Assembly (NCBI GenBank): GCA_964655835.1 | Contig: CAZZNR010000001.1 | Coordinates: 1-34,068 of the forward strand | Reading direction: 5' to 3' | From: an uncultured Muribaculaceae bacterium | GTDB lineage: Bacteria > Bacillota_I > Bacilli_A > RF39 > UBA660 | DNA length: 34,068 nucleotides | Part shown: piece by piece, positions 7,728-17,613 of the stretch | Layout of the letters: each line of letters opens with the position of its first letter | Position numbering within the stretch: position 1 is the stretch's first letter | Notes under the pieces: generated by a model | What the model was told of the DNA's origin: nothing | What the model saw: the letters and a program-made list of their open reading frames with translations, nothing else | The model's database searches: none | Made by a program: the position numbers and the translations under genes

Positions 7728-9215
7728 TTATTCAACATAATTCAACGTATTTCGCAATTTAATATATTTATATATCTTGTCTATTTCTAAATCTTTAATA
7801 CTGGTAATATTGTAATAATTACATAATTTATTTGTTTTATCAATTAAACCTTGAAGGGTATCTTCATCTAAAGCCAGGGACTCTAAATTTAAATTATCTA
7901 ATTTATATTTATCTAAAATAATCATTTCCATGTTGTATTCTTTTAATAAGCCTAAATTATTTATTAAATTAACGTGAGGATTTAAACAAATATTTTTTAT
8001 TTCATCATAATTTATCGTACTTTTATCGTCTTCTTCCTTTGTTTCATTAAGTAATCCCAAGAAGTAACTATAATATGACAAAAGGAAAAAAATAACATCA
8101 ATTATTTTGGATTCTTTGTTAATATTAGTTAATATAGCTTCTTCATAGTATAAATTATCGTATTCTTTGTATAAGTTTGCTATTTGAACTATTAATTCTT
8201 TTTTATCTAATTTCTTTTTAAAAGCCATTTTTAATTTTTTTTCAATTTTAAAAATTTCTTTTATTGTTTTATTAATTTCGGCTTTTATTTTTTTGGAATT
8301 CTTGGTATCACTTTTAATTAAAACATCTTTGACCTTATCAATAATATTTTTAATTTTTAAATAACTTTGATATTCTTTTAAGGTATCATTAAAATTATAA
8401 ATTGTACGTGAATATTTTAAGATATCTCCTTTAATTAAATCGGTTGATAGCTTTTCGATTCCTTCAGGTAAATATTCCATAATATTAAACTCATTTTTAG
8501 TAAATTTTTTAACTAAATATTCTTTATTAGAATTATATAACAAATTGTTTTCAATAATATTACTCTGATATTCTTTAATAATTTGATCATAACTTTTATT
8601 TACTTTTAATTGTAAATTTGTAATGTGATTATTAAATTTTTTTATATTATGGTGATATAGAGATTTAAAACTTGTGGCAATGTCTTTTATTATATCAGGA
8701 TTTTTCCAGTAATATTCTTCAAAAACGGGTTTTAAATTGCTATTTAACTTTTCATCTTTTTTAGCATTTAGTATTGCTTTCATATAAGCGTTTTCATATT
8801 CATTATAAAAGAAATCATCACTAGTTAAATTTAACCCTACTCGATTATAAATCGTAATTAATCGAATAATATATTCATTAACTTTTTCAAAATTAGATTT
8901 TGAAAAGTTATCTAATTCATAAAATATTTCATCTAAGTCTAATTTTTCATAAGGAGTATTTAAAGGATTAGTTATTTTTAAATGATAATCCAGTTCTTGA
9001 TAATCAATACTAGGTAGAGGATCGGATTTAATAGAATTTTCAAAATTTTTGATTCTTTGTTTCATTTCTTCGACTATCGCAATCTTAATAGTTTGATACT
9101 CAGCATAAATTTTATTACCTTCAGTTATGTAATGTTTAATATTTTCTATATTATTTTTAGGTAAAGCTGATAAAACTTCCATAGAAAGGGCTAATTTTTC
9201 TTCAAGATTATTCAT
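7728..9215 (-). CDS. Cytoplasmic, predicted all-helical protein, unknown function
   Basis: 495-aa ORF with a strong RBS GAGGAGGG. No hydrophobic span and no nucleotide-binding motif. Rich in K/E/N/I/Y. Translationally coupled to the upstream micro-ORF. Confidence 0.6.
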   Translation of the reverse strand: MNNLEEKLALSMEVLSALPKNNIENIKHYITEGNKIYAEYQTIKIAIVEEMKQRIKNFENSIKSDPLPSIDYQELDYHLKITNPLNTPYEKLDLDEIFYELDNFSKSNFEKVNEYIIRLITIYNRVGLNLTSDDFFYNEYENAYMKAILNAKKDEKLNSNLKPVFEEYYWKNPDIIKDIATSFKSLYHHNIKKFNNHITNLQLKVNKSYDQIIKEYQSNIIENNLLYNSNKEYLVKKFTKNEFNIMEYLPEGIEKLSTDLIKGDILKYSRTIYNFNDTLKEYQSYLKIKNIIDKVKDVLIKSDTKNSKKIKAEINKTIKEIFKIEKKLKMAFKKKLDKKELIVQIANLYKEYDNLYYEEAILTNINKESKIIDVIFFLLSYYSYFLGLLNETKEEDDKSTINYDEIKNICLNPHVNLINNLGLLKEYNMEMIILDKYKLDNLNLESLALDEDTLQGLIDKTNKLCNYYNITSIKDLEIDKIYKYIKLRNTLNYVE

Positions 9216-9333
9216 TTAAACCCTCCTCTAATGTTTTGATTTCAGCATCTAAATTAGTTAAGAATTCTTCTAATTTATTATATTTATCAATCAATTCATC
9301 TGATGATAAATTGATAATATTATCAGTTTCCAA
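9208..9333 (-). CDS. Unlisted 41-aa acidic helical micro-protein (TTG start)
   Basis: Hand translation gives (M)ETDNIINLSSDELIDKYNKLEEFLTNLDAEIKTLEEGLNE*. AGGAGGG (9345-9339, overlapping the stop of the giant gene) lies 5 nt upstream of the TTG at 9333. Its last codons overlap the ATG (9215) of the next gene. It fills an otherwise unexplained 129-nt gap. It is probably missing from the ORF track because of its length. Confidence 0.5.
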   Translation of the reverse strand: METDNIINLSSDELIDKYNKLEEFLTNLDAEIKTLEEGLNE

Positions 9334-9344
9334 TATATCCCTCC

Positions 9345-12300
9345 TTATCTTATAATAATATAATTATACACCTCGCCAATAAAATTGTCATCATCATATA
9401 ATGCGAAACCAACTTTATAAGTTCCGGTTACTAGGTTATTTTTTAAATATAAATTTACAATTTGATTAGCTTGTAAATTGTTACTAAGTAAATATTCGTA
9501 TTTTGCTAAATCTCCTACTTGAGTATAAGCATGAGTAAAATAATCACTCATATCAACTGGTACATAGTCAAGAGAATAAATTTCACTGTAATCTCTTCTT
9601 TTTAAAGATATTCTTAAATTAGGATCAGATAATCCTGAAGCATACTCAACATTGAATATAAGAATACTATTACCATTTGCTGTTTTACCAGTTGTTTTAT
9701 CAATATTTACTAAACTATCAGCGATAGTAGTTTTTAAGCCATGAATATTATTTAATAAGTTAAGTGTAACCACTTTTGTATCCGATGAAACTAAGCCATA
9801 GTAAATACCATCAGTTGACCCAAAAGACTCAACTTTTATTGTATAAGCTCCTGATGGTAAAGTAGAATTTGAAGTATCAATTGTAATATTTGATAATACA
9901 TTAGCAACTTTAGGCGATATATTAATTCTAGTTGTACCATCCATTCGCGGATAATAAGTAATACCATTTAAAGTAAAGGTAACCCCTAATAAACTGGCGC
10001 CATTTAATTGATTATTATTTTCATCATAAACTGATAATTTTAACCCTAACTTTTTATAATAATAAGTCGTATCATGGATGGTTACACCCCCTACTGCAGC
10101 TTGAGTAAAATTGGTATTAACGATTAAATTAGTAGCTTCTTTTATATAAATATTTTGTTTACTAAGTGATGCCGTTATACCGACTAAAGCATCCTGATCA
10201 TTATAAATATCATAAGTTAAGTTACTGTAATTAATACCTAATACGCCAATCATAGTTTGTTCATTGCTATCTCTTATTTCTAAGAGCAAGGTACTATTCA
10301 ATTTGTCAGAAGTGATATTGGTTTCTTCATAATCTACGATAAAAATAAATTCTTCATTGGCAATTCTCGTATTCGGATCATAATAAAGGCTATTTTGGGT
10401 AGCATCATCATAATTATTATTTAATGAAGTAGAACCCATTTTAATAAACTTAGACAATTTATAAGATGCTTCATTATGTAAATTGAATTCAGCAGTAGCA
10501 GAAATAACATCTTGAGCAGTTGTGATGTAATAATAATACGTTGGAGTAGCAGTTGTAAAATCTATCATGGTAATTTTTGTATTTTCTGGCAACACAAATG
10601 ATGAAACTAAACTGCGATGATATCCTGTTTGATAAATATTATTTGTATTATCGATAAAGAGCGAATAATAAGCACTTAGTTTTGACTTATCCGTAATATT
10701 TGTATTAGTAGAAACAAATAATTCATGCTCTTCACCTGAGGTCAAAGCACCTTCATATTCAGTAGAAGTATATAAGGCTTTAGATAAATTAATATTAATA
10801 TTAACTCTAGTAATTTCATTATTTAAATCATCAATTGGTTTAATAGCAACTAAATTTAAAACGACTGTTCCAATATCTCCAGCGGAAGAAATATTTTTAG
10901 AATGATATAAATTAAATAGTAAACTAGGCACTGTTGATGAGTTTTCACTTAAATAATTAGTTGTTCCAATAGGTTCTAAATTTGCTGTATAAAATTTTGT
11001 TTCTCCAACTGTTATCCAACCTGTATTACTACTTCGCATTGTTAATGCCATTTTCGTATCAGAAGTACCATCAATCGATAACCGAGGTATTGTACTACTA
11101 TCAACTAATTCAAAATTACTAGGTAATCCATTATAATTTACCCCAATAATTGAAAACGTTGTATTAGGATCAGGGGAATTAATTAATGATAATTCATAAG
11201 CCCCTAACGTAGAAAAGCGCGAAGCAATTAAATCAACTTCATAAGATGAAACAATTTCCCCAATCGTCCACATATAATAGTTAGACGACTCAGGAATTGG
11301 ATCAATATATTTAACCTCAATAATATCTTCATTTTCTTCATCTTGATAATTAGTATAAAATCCATCAACTTCAATATTATGATTAGCTACATGGCTTCCT
11401 AAAACATAAGAACCGCTTGAAAAAGTATAAAACTCACCCGGATTTACCGTATCGCCATTATCATAACTATTATTATAAAAGGCTTCGACAACATTACCAT
11501 CACCGTCACGCAAATACATTCCAAAGAAAGTCATACCAGATACAATTCCGTAAGAAGTAATACTTTCATTAGTAGCAACATTAATATTTACTCCCTCTAA
11601 GGCATAAAGGCGATTATTAACATTTTTAGTAATTGTTCCATCATCAATTAAAACATTTGCTTTAACATTATTTACCGTATCTACAACACTAGTAAATTTT
11701 TTTAAAAGATTAGTACCAGTTTCTAAATAAATACTGGAATCATCACTTAATTTCAATTCGTTTATTCGACTTAAACTAAATAAAACATTAGAATATTCAT
11801 TAGTTCGGTCCGTTGCTCCAAATAATTCGATATGAGAATTATTTAAAGTAACTAATGTAGCTCTTTGAATCGAAATATTTCGTTTATGATTAACTTCTGT
11901 ACCATAATTATCAATATAAATATAACTTGCTCCGGTTGTTGAAGAAGCATTTCCACTTCCAAATATTGAACCATCTATTTCGATATCATTAGTAGCAGTA
12001 TTTTTAATATTTATATTTATTCCATTAGTTACACTTATAAAAGAGAAGTCATATATTTCACTTCCGCTAGCATTTGCCTCGCCCCCACCAAAGACAGTAC
12101 CTCCAATAGTGATTTTATCATTATCTAAATTTGTTATATTACCAATATTAACTTCTGTAGTTCCATATACTACCGATGTATTAGCTCCTCCATAAACATT
12201 ACCCCCAATTTCAGCACCAGCAATATTTACGATGCTTGATGAATTTTTAAGAGCTTCAGTTCCGGTAGCAGCCGCATTTCCACCACCAAAGACGTGCTCA

Positions 12301-15300
12301 CCAACTATAGTTGAACCTTCAATATTTAAGGTTGTACTACCTATTACTACTGCTGTACTTCCTTTACCACCTGAGTAAACACTTCCTAAAATATCAGAAT
12401 CGGTTATCTTAGTACTTGCACTACCTTGTAATGCGCCATCTTTTCCACCACCATATATTTCATTATTGATGGTTGTATTAATAATATTTAAATTAGTACT
12501 TCCGGTATAGGCTTGGTTACCGCCCCCGAAAACATTGTTGATAGTCCCCCCATTAGTATCTATATTACTGGTTGTGGTACTACCCCCCGCATTATTACCG
12601 CCATATATATCAGTTATAGTAGGATTATTATTAACCGTAACATTGCTTGTTGTTACGATACCACTTTGATTTGATCCGCCATAAACATATTTAATGTTCC
12701 CCCCAAGAATATCAACATTACTAGTTGTGACATTAGCAGCATTCCCGCCGCCATAAACATAATTTATTTGATTTGAGTTATTATTTATTTGGATATTACT
12801 GGTTGTGGTATTAGCTTGGTTGCCACCCCCATATATACTTGTTACATTTCCACTATCTACTGTTATATAAGTATTAGTAGTAGTGCCGCCCATATTATTG
12901 CCGCCAAATAAAGCTATTGTACTACCTCCTAGTATATGGATATTACTATTAATAATAGTTCCGCTGTTATTTGATCCGCCATAGACATTAGTAATAGTTC
13001 CTGAATTTATATGGATATTAGTATCAACATCAATACTAGCTTGGTCACCACCACCATAAACATTACTTATCGTTCCCCCACTTATATCGATTGTAGTTTT
13101 GCCAGTATCTGCTAACCTTCCACCACCATAAATATTAGTAAAAGTTCCATTAGTTGTGGTTATATAAGAATTAGTAGTTTTACCACCGGCATTATTACCC
13201 CCGTAAACATTGGTAGATGTTCCTCCCTTTAAATCAATATTACTAATTGGAACATTACCGCTTTGATTTGATCCCCCAAAAAGATTATCAACCGATGAGT
13301 TAATTAGTTCAATATTTGTATCAGTATCAATACTAGCTGATTCGCCTCCACCATAGACATATGGAACACTACCACTGGTTAGAGTTATATTAGTTTTGCC
13401 AGTATCAGCTAATTTTCCCCCACCATAAACATTTGTTAATGTACCGCCTTTAACTTCTATATTTGAAGTTGTAGTTTTACCACCAACATTATTACCACCA
13501 TAGACATTGGTAACTGAACCAGAAGTTAAAGTAATAGTCGATGATATCATATTACCACTTTGATTTGATCCCCCAAATATATTAGTAGCGGTTGAGCCAT
13601 TTAAATTAATAAATGAATTATTTCCCGAGACTTGATTTCCCCCACCATAGACATTAGTAATAGTCCCGCCATTTAGATTAATCGTCGTATTACCCGCTAT
13701 TGATCCTGACATATCATTCCCACCAAATAAATCGGGAATTGTGCCATCATTAACAGTAATTATAATATGCCCATTAACTTTAGGATTAAAGCTTGCTGAT
13801 CCTTTTGATCCACCATAAACCGACCCTGATATATCCATGTTATTAATTACCATATTGATGCCATAACTAGATAAACTTAAAGTTTCGTCTGCTCTATTAA
13901 CTGTTCCAAAAGCACTTCCGCCGTATAAATTATTAGTAATAATGGGAACACTTGATTCTGATCCAATCGTTAAATTGATAGCATCTCTTACATAAGTTCC
14001 AGGTGATGAACTACTAGTATAGCCGCCTTCACCACCGCCATAGACCGAATCATAACAAGTACCACCTATCATATTAAGATTAACACTACCATAAATAATT
14101 CCTTGTTGGTTACTACCTCCGTAAATTGAACCTTCAACTTCTCCAGAAGTCATATTTATATTAATAGTTGAACTAACGCTAGTTGTGCCCGCACCATTAT
14201 TATTTCCACCACCATAGACCGAATCTTTTACTACTCCACCGTCAATAAAAATATTAGTTGTGGTAGTTCCGCTAATACCAGTAGCCCCATAATTGCCTCC
14301 ACCATAAATATTTTTATTAATTGTAGCTAAATTTTTAATCATTATATTAGAATTGGAAGATGAACCAATTGTGGAATATCCACTTCTACCATTGCCAATT
14401 CCAAATACTGATCCAGCTTCTGCTCCATAAATTGTATTTCCAGCTGTTACATTGGCTTGACTACCGATTTCTGCTGTTCCACCTATATAAATAAAAGAAT
14501 CACCATTTACTGTTCCATCAGTACCAGACCCTAAATATCCATTAGAGCCTCCAAATATTGTATAATTAACTGTTCCACCAGTTACTTGTATTATTCTGTT
14601 GCCATAAGTTGCACTTACCCCCGCTCCGCCTACTATTACTTCAACATTACCGCCAACCATATGAATAAAAGAATCATTTATGCCGGATCTGTTAGTTGCC
14701 GTAAGAGGTCCTCCTATGACATTATAAATCCAGCCTCCTTCTATTTTGGCTTTTCTAATCGCGTTATGCGTTCCATATGATCTACCCCCAACATATAGCC
14801 CAGCTGAGTAATCATATTGATTTGTTCCAAAACTACCACTTTTAACGGTTAAATCAAACATTGGTTTATTTGAATTTTCTCCATAAAGAGTGCTTCCCCA
14901 TGAACCGGCTGCGCAAAATATAACTTGCATATTATTGTTATTATTAGTTACTCGGTCATAATCATTACCATAAACTGATTTGTTATTAATATAGGCCGTA
15001 TAACTTGATGTTCCCCCATTAACAATTGACATATTTTGATATATACCACTTTCAACTATTAATTTATACTTTGTAGCACTTCCAGAAGAACCGGTATTTC
15101 CATTGCTTCCTCCAATAACATCAACAAAGTTCACATTTGTTCCATAGTTGGTAATTCCTCTACCAACTCTTAAATTATTAAACCGTCCAAATAATACTTT
15201 TCTAGTAGATGTTGAGCCAGTAGGTGTTGTAGACGAATTAGCGGGATTTGTTTCGCTTCGAATTTGAATATTCTCAATATTAGTATCAGCATATGCTCTT

Positions 15301-16634
15301 ATCATAATATTAGTAACATTTAAATAATAATTACGATAATCAGTACCATTATGGACCGAAGTTAAAGTAAATGGTTTAGTATAGCTACTTCCCCATTCGG
15401 ATGTTACATTACTTTGTAAAACGATTATATTAGTATCTCTAGTAACTAAATAATAATAGGTTTCATTCGTGTTTAAAATTTCCGGATTACCATTTTTATA
15501 ATATTGGATAAGTTCATATACTTGACAAGACGAGCCACAGTTTCCTGATAGCCTTACCCCAGTACTACTATAATAACTACTTTGATTTTGACCACTTGTA
15601 AGGGTTAAGCGACGATAAAAACCGCTCATATTTGAGTTAGCAGTAAAACCATTTACAAAATTAGTAACATACTGAAAATCATTTGGAATAAAGGCTGTCA
15701 TAGTACCGCCTTCTAAACGATAATAGGTTTGATTATCTTGGTAATCTTCATTAATAATAATATCATAGTAGGTACATCCAAAGAAAGAACGACAAGTACA
15801 ACTAGATTGAAGAACGCCACTACTATCATAATATCCTGTACAACTTCCATAAAATGATACTGATACACTTTTAAAATATCCCGCCATAGAATAAGGTAAA
15901 CGAATAGTATCCTGATATTGTAATTCCGCCATTTGTTTAGTAAGTAAAGGGCTAAAAGCACTTGACCAACTACCGGTCATATTACCCACATTAGCTAAAG
16001 TCCAAGAAGCATTAAAACTAATATTAATAATATCGGGGTTTCCACTAGTATATGTTACTGGTACTTGAGCATATCGAGTATAATAAGATGAATCAAAAGA
16101 GATAGTTGCTCCACTGTAACTGGTAACCCAACCATTAAATCCTTGATTAGTAGGTCGATTAGTAAAAGGATTTTCAATTAACTCAACAACAACATAATCA
16201 TCACTTAAATAAGCAGGAGTACCATTATCATTCACGGGATATACTTTATAATATTTATAAGTGTCTTGTAATTCTGATAGGGAAACATATCCTTTAAGAT
16301 TCTTAATAACATCAGTTGAATTATAAGTAATATTTATATTTACTAAGCGATTTTCATGATAGATATTTTGATCTACTCCTGTAGGAATTTGACCATTTTC
16401 TTTATAAGTATAATTAAGTCCTTTTAAATAAAAATAATCTCTTACTTTATCATCTACGATGACTTCATTTTGATATACCCCACTTAAATCTTCATTAAAA
16501 TCATTTATATAAGCAGGTTTAAATTCCCCTTTCGTAAAAACTAATTTAATAAGGATAATTAAAACAACCAAAAAAAAGCTTAAGAGTAAACCCATATTGA
16601 TATAAACTTTTTTTATTTTTTTTGGTTTTTTCAT
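9345..16634 (-). CDS. Giant (2429 aa) N-terminally anchored or exported surface protein with a central beta-helix-like repeat array
   Basis: Uninterrupted 7.3-kb ORF. The N-terminus is MKKPKKIKK plus one hydrophobic span. The N-terminal ~600 aa include Cys clusters (GSCTGYYDSSGVLQSSCTCRSFFGCTYYD, GNCGSSCQ). About 930 aa are (Y/F)GG-type coils. The C-terminal ~850 aa are beta-rich and T/N/S/Y-rich. There is no LPXTG-like sorting signal and no C-terminal hydrophobic tail. Confidence 0.8.
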   Translation of the reverse strand: MKKPKKIKKVYINMGLLLSFFLVVLIILIKLVFTKGEFKPAYINDFNEDLSGVYQNEVIVDDKVRDYFYLKGLNYTYKENGQIPTGVDQNIYHENRLVNINITYNSTDVIKNLKGYVSLSELQDTYKYYKVYPVNDNGTPAYLSDDYVVVELIENPFTNRPTNQGFNGWVTSYSGATISFDSSYYTRYAQVPVTYTSGNPDIINISFNASWTLANVGNMTGSWSSAFSPLLTKQMAELQYQDTIRLPYSMAGYFKSVSVSFYGSCTGYYDSSGVLQSSCTCRSFFGCTYYDIIINEDYQDNQTYYRLEGGTMTAFIPNDFQYVTNFVNGFTANSNMSGFYRRLTLTSGQNQSSYYSSTGVRLSGNCGSSCQVYELIQYYKNGNPEILNTNETYYYLVTRDTNIIVLQSNVTSEWGSSYTKPFTLTSVHNGTDYRNYYLNVTNIMIRAYADTNIENIQIRSETNPANSSTTPTGSTSTRKVLFGRFNNLRVGRGITNYGTNVNFVDVIGGSNGNTGSSGSATKYKLIVESGIYQNMSIVNGGTSSYTAYINNKSVYGNDYDRVTNNNNNMQVIFCAAGSWGSTLYGENSNKPMFDLTVKSGSFGTNQYDYSAGLYVGGRSYGTHNAIRKAKIEGGWIYNVIGGPLTATNRSGINDSFIHMVGGNVEVIVGGAGVSATYGNRIIQVTGGTVNYTIFGGSNGYLGSGTDGTVNGDSFIYIGGTAEIGSQANVTAGNTIYGAEAGSVFGIGNGRSGYSTIGSSSNSNIMIKNLATINKNIYGGGNYGATGISGTTTTNIFIDGGVVKDSVYGGGNNNGAGTTSVSSTININMTSGEVEGSIYGGSNQQGIIYGSVNLNMIGGTCYDSVYGGGEGGYTSSSSPGTYVRDAINLTIGSESSVPIITNNLYGGSAFGTVNRADETLSLSSYGINMVINNMDISGSVYGGSKGSASFNPKVNGHIIITVNDGTIPDLFGGNDMSGSIAGNTTINLNGGTITNVYGGGNQVSGNNSFINLNGSTATNIFGGSNQSGNMISSTITLTSGSVTNVYGGNNVGGKTTTSNIEVKGGTLTNVYGGGKLADTGKTNITLTSGSVPYVYGGGESASIDTDTNIELINSSVDNLFGGSNQSGNVPISNIDLKGGTSTNVYGGNNAGGKTTNSYITTTNGTFTNIYGGGRLADTGKTTIDISGGTISNVYGGGDQASIDVDTNIHINSGTITNVYGGSNNSGTIINSNIHILGGSTIALFGGNNMGGTTTNTYITVDSGNVTSIYGGGNQANTTTSNIQINNNSNQINYVYGGGNAANVTTSNVDILGGNIKYVYGGSNQSGIVTTSNVTVNNNPTITDIYGGNNAGGSTTTSNIDTNGGTINNVFGGGNQAYTGSTNLNIINTTINNEIYGGGKDGALQGSASTKITDSDILGSVYSGGKGSTAVVIGSTTLNIEGSTIVGEHVFGGGNAAATGTEALKNSSSIVNIAGAEIGGNVYGGANTSVVYGTTEVNIGNITNLDNDKITIGGTVFGGGEANASGSEIYDFSFISVTNGININIKNTATNDIEIDGSIFGSGNASSTTGASYIYIDNYGTEVNHKRNISIQRATLVTLNNSHIELFGATDRTNEYSNVLFSLSRINELKLSDDSSIYLETGTNLLKKFTSVVDTVNNVKANVLIDDGTITKNVNNRLYALEGVNINVATNESITSYGIVSGMTFFGMYLRDGDGNVVEAFYNNSYDNGDTVNPGEFYTFSSGSYVLGSHVANHNIEVDGFYTNYQDEENEDIIEVKYIDPIPESSNYYMWTIGEIVSSYEVDLIASRFSTLGAYELSLINSPDPNTTFSIIGVNYNGLPSNFELVDSSTIPRLSIDGTSDTKMALTMRSSNTGWITVGETKFYTANLEPIGTTNYLSENSSTVPSLLFNLYHSKNISSAGDIGTVVLNLVAIKPIDDLNNEITRVNININLSKALYTSTEYEGALTSGEEHELFVSTNTNITDKSKLSAYYSLFIDNTNNIYQTGYHRSLVSSFVLPENTKITMIDFTTATPTYYYYITTAQDVISATAEFNLHNEASYKLSKFIKMGSTSLNNNYDDATQNSLYYDPNTRIANEEFIFIVDYEETNITSDKLNSTLLLEIRDSNEQTMIGVLGINYSNLTYDIYNDQDALVGITASLSKQNIYIKEATNLIVNTNFTQAAVGGVTIHDTTYYYKKLGLKLSVYDENNNQLNGASLLGVTFTLNGITYYPRMDGTTRINISPKVANVLSNITIDTSNSTLPSGAYTIKVESFGSTDGIYYGLVSSDTKVVTLNLLNNIHGLKTTIADSLVNIDKTTGKTANGNSILIFNVEYASGLSDPNLRISLKRRDYSEIYSLDYVPVDMSDYFTHAYTQVGDLAKYEYLLSNNLQANQIVNLYLKNNLVTGTYKVGFALYDDDNFIGEVYNYIIIR
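11941..14738 (-). repeat. Array of ~24-25-aa coils with consensus x-(I/V)-(Y/F)-G-G-(G/S/N)-N ... T-x-I-x-(I/L)-x-G-G-T inside the giant ORF
   Basis: The array runs from GGWIYNVIGGP (14707-14738) to DGSIFGSGNASS (11941-11975). The most regular part contains a 297-nt (99-aa, four-coil) tandem duplication at about 12987-13580. Boundaries are approximate. Confidence 0.75.
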
Positions 16635-16644
16635 GCTTTCCTTT

Positions 16645-17613
16645 CTACTGAGCTACGAATTGTAAATTAATAATTAAACTGCCTTGTGAGGCGCTGTTTT
16701 CACAGTCAATATCTTGTCCTTCAACCCAAATATAAACTCTTAATTTAGTTATTCCCGGAGCGATATCAGTAAAATAATGATAATTTTCATCATTTTTAAT
16801 CGTTGTAATATTAGGTTTAACTAATTTAAAGTACTGGGGATAATCAGCACTATTTGCTTTACTAACATTCAATTCTAATTCCGCTGGGATTTCATTTGCT
16901 ACGCCATAATAAGGAATAATATTGGCATTATTTTCTGTTGTTATAATATTATAAATAGTTTTAGCATGATCGATAGCAGCTAGGGTATGAGTATCATAAT
17001 TGGGTTCCCATACAATTGATTCATTACCATTATTTAAGTTTTGAATCAGATTTATATTAGAACTTGATGAAAGATTCCCTTTGTTAATAAAACCAATTCG
17101 AAAGGCATTTTCTATTCCGGTAGGTTGAGAAACATCGGTTTTATAACTAACTCCCGAATCAGGAACAATTTGTAATTTTTTAGGTGAGGTGGATTTAACG
17201 AAAATATCGAAACTAACATACTTTCCATCCGAATCATTCATTAAAGCCGCTTTTTCAGTTTCGCGAAAGGTTGTTAAGTAAAAATGCTTTCTAACATTAA
17301 CCGTGCCATAAAACATTTTTAATAGACCATTTTCTACTTCACCAGCGGTTGATACTGGTAATACCATATTGGGAATTTGATTTTTATTTGCTGGATAGGT
17401 ATTAACTGCCGCCATAAAATCGGCCATTCCAACGACGCCTTTCCAGTCAATTGCATCAGTTGATATTTGTAATCCTCCTTTGGTTGCAATCTGAATATCA
17501 AATGATTCAATTTCAAATATTCTATTTGTAGTAAACCAGGCATAAGTAGTCATGGCTAATAAAAGCCCTGTAATAAATACCCATACTAATAATATCAATC
17601 TTCTCTTTTTCAT
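16645..17613 (-). CDS. Exported TasA-like protein with TTYAWFT signal and WVEGQDIDC motif (paralogue of 4352-5365)
   Basis: N-terminus MKKRR plus hydrophobic span plus TTYAWFTTNR. Colinear motif set with 4352-5365. Single Cys. ATGA overlap with the upstream gene and a 10-nt gap to the giant gene. Confidence 0.7.
   Translation of the reverse strand: MKKRRLILLVWVFITGLLLAMTTYAWFTTNRIFEIESFDIQIATKGGLQISTDAIDWKGVVGMADFMAAVNTYPANKNQIPNMVLPVSTAGEVENGLLKMFYGTVNVRKHFYLTTFRETEKAALMNDSDGKYVSFDIFVKSTSPKKLQIVPDSGVSYKTDVSQPTGIENAFRIGFINKGNLSSSSNINLIQNLNNGNESIVWEPNYDTHTLAAIDHAKTIYNIITTENNANIIPYYGVANEIPAELELNVSKANSADYPQYFKLVKPNITTIKNDENYHYFTDIAPGITKLRVYIWVEGQDIDCENSASQGSLIINLQFVAQ

Noticed and set aside
7706-7735. 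Internal promoter TTGAAT-18-TATAAT (minus strand) overlapping the end of 7728-9215
   Set aside because: The hexamers are good, but such matches are frequent in ~70% AT DNA. The site lies within a tightly coupled operon and has no supporting gap or terminator.
11941-14738. RTX nonapeptide repeats, chlamydial Pmp repeats or an autotransporter passenger
   Set aside because: The period is about 24-25 aa, not 9. The GGxGxD and GGA(I/L/V)/FxxN signatures are absent. There is no C-terminal beta-barrel domain.
6842-17543. Track ORFs 6842-7069(+), 14586-14780(+), 15713-15961(-), 17334-17543(-)
   Set aside because: These are antisense or out-of-frame shadows inside 6586-7167, the giant ORF and 16645-17613. 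They have no RBS and no recognisable features.
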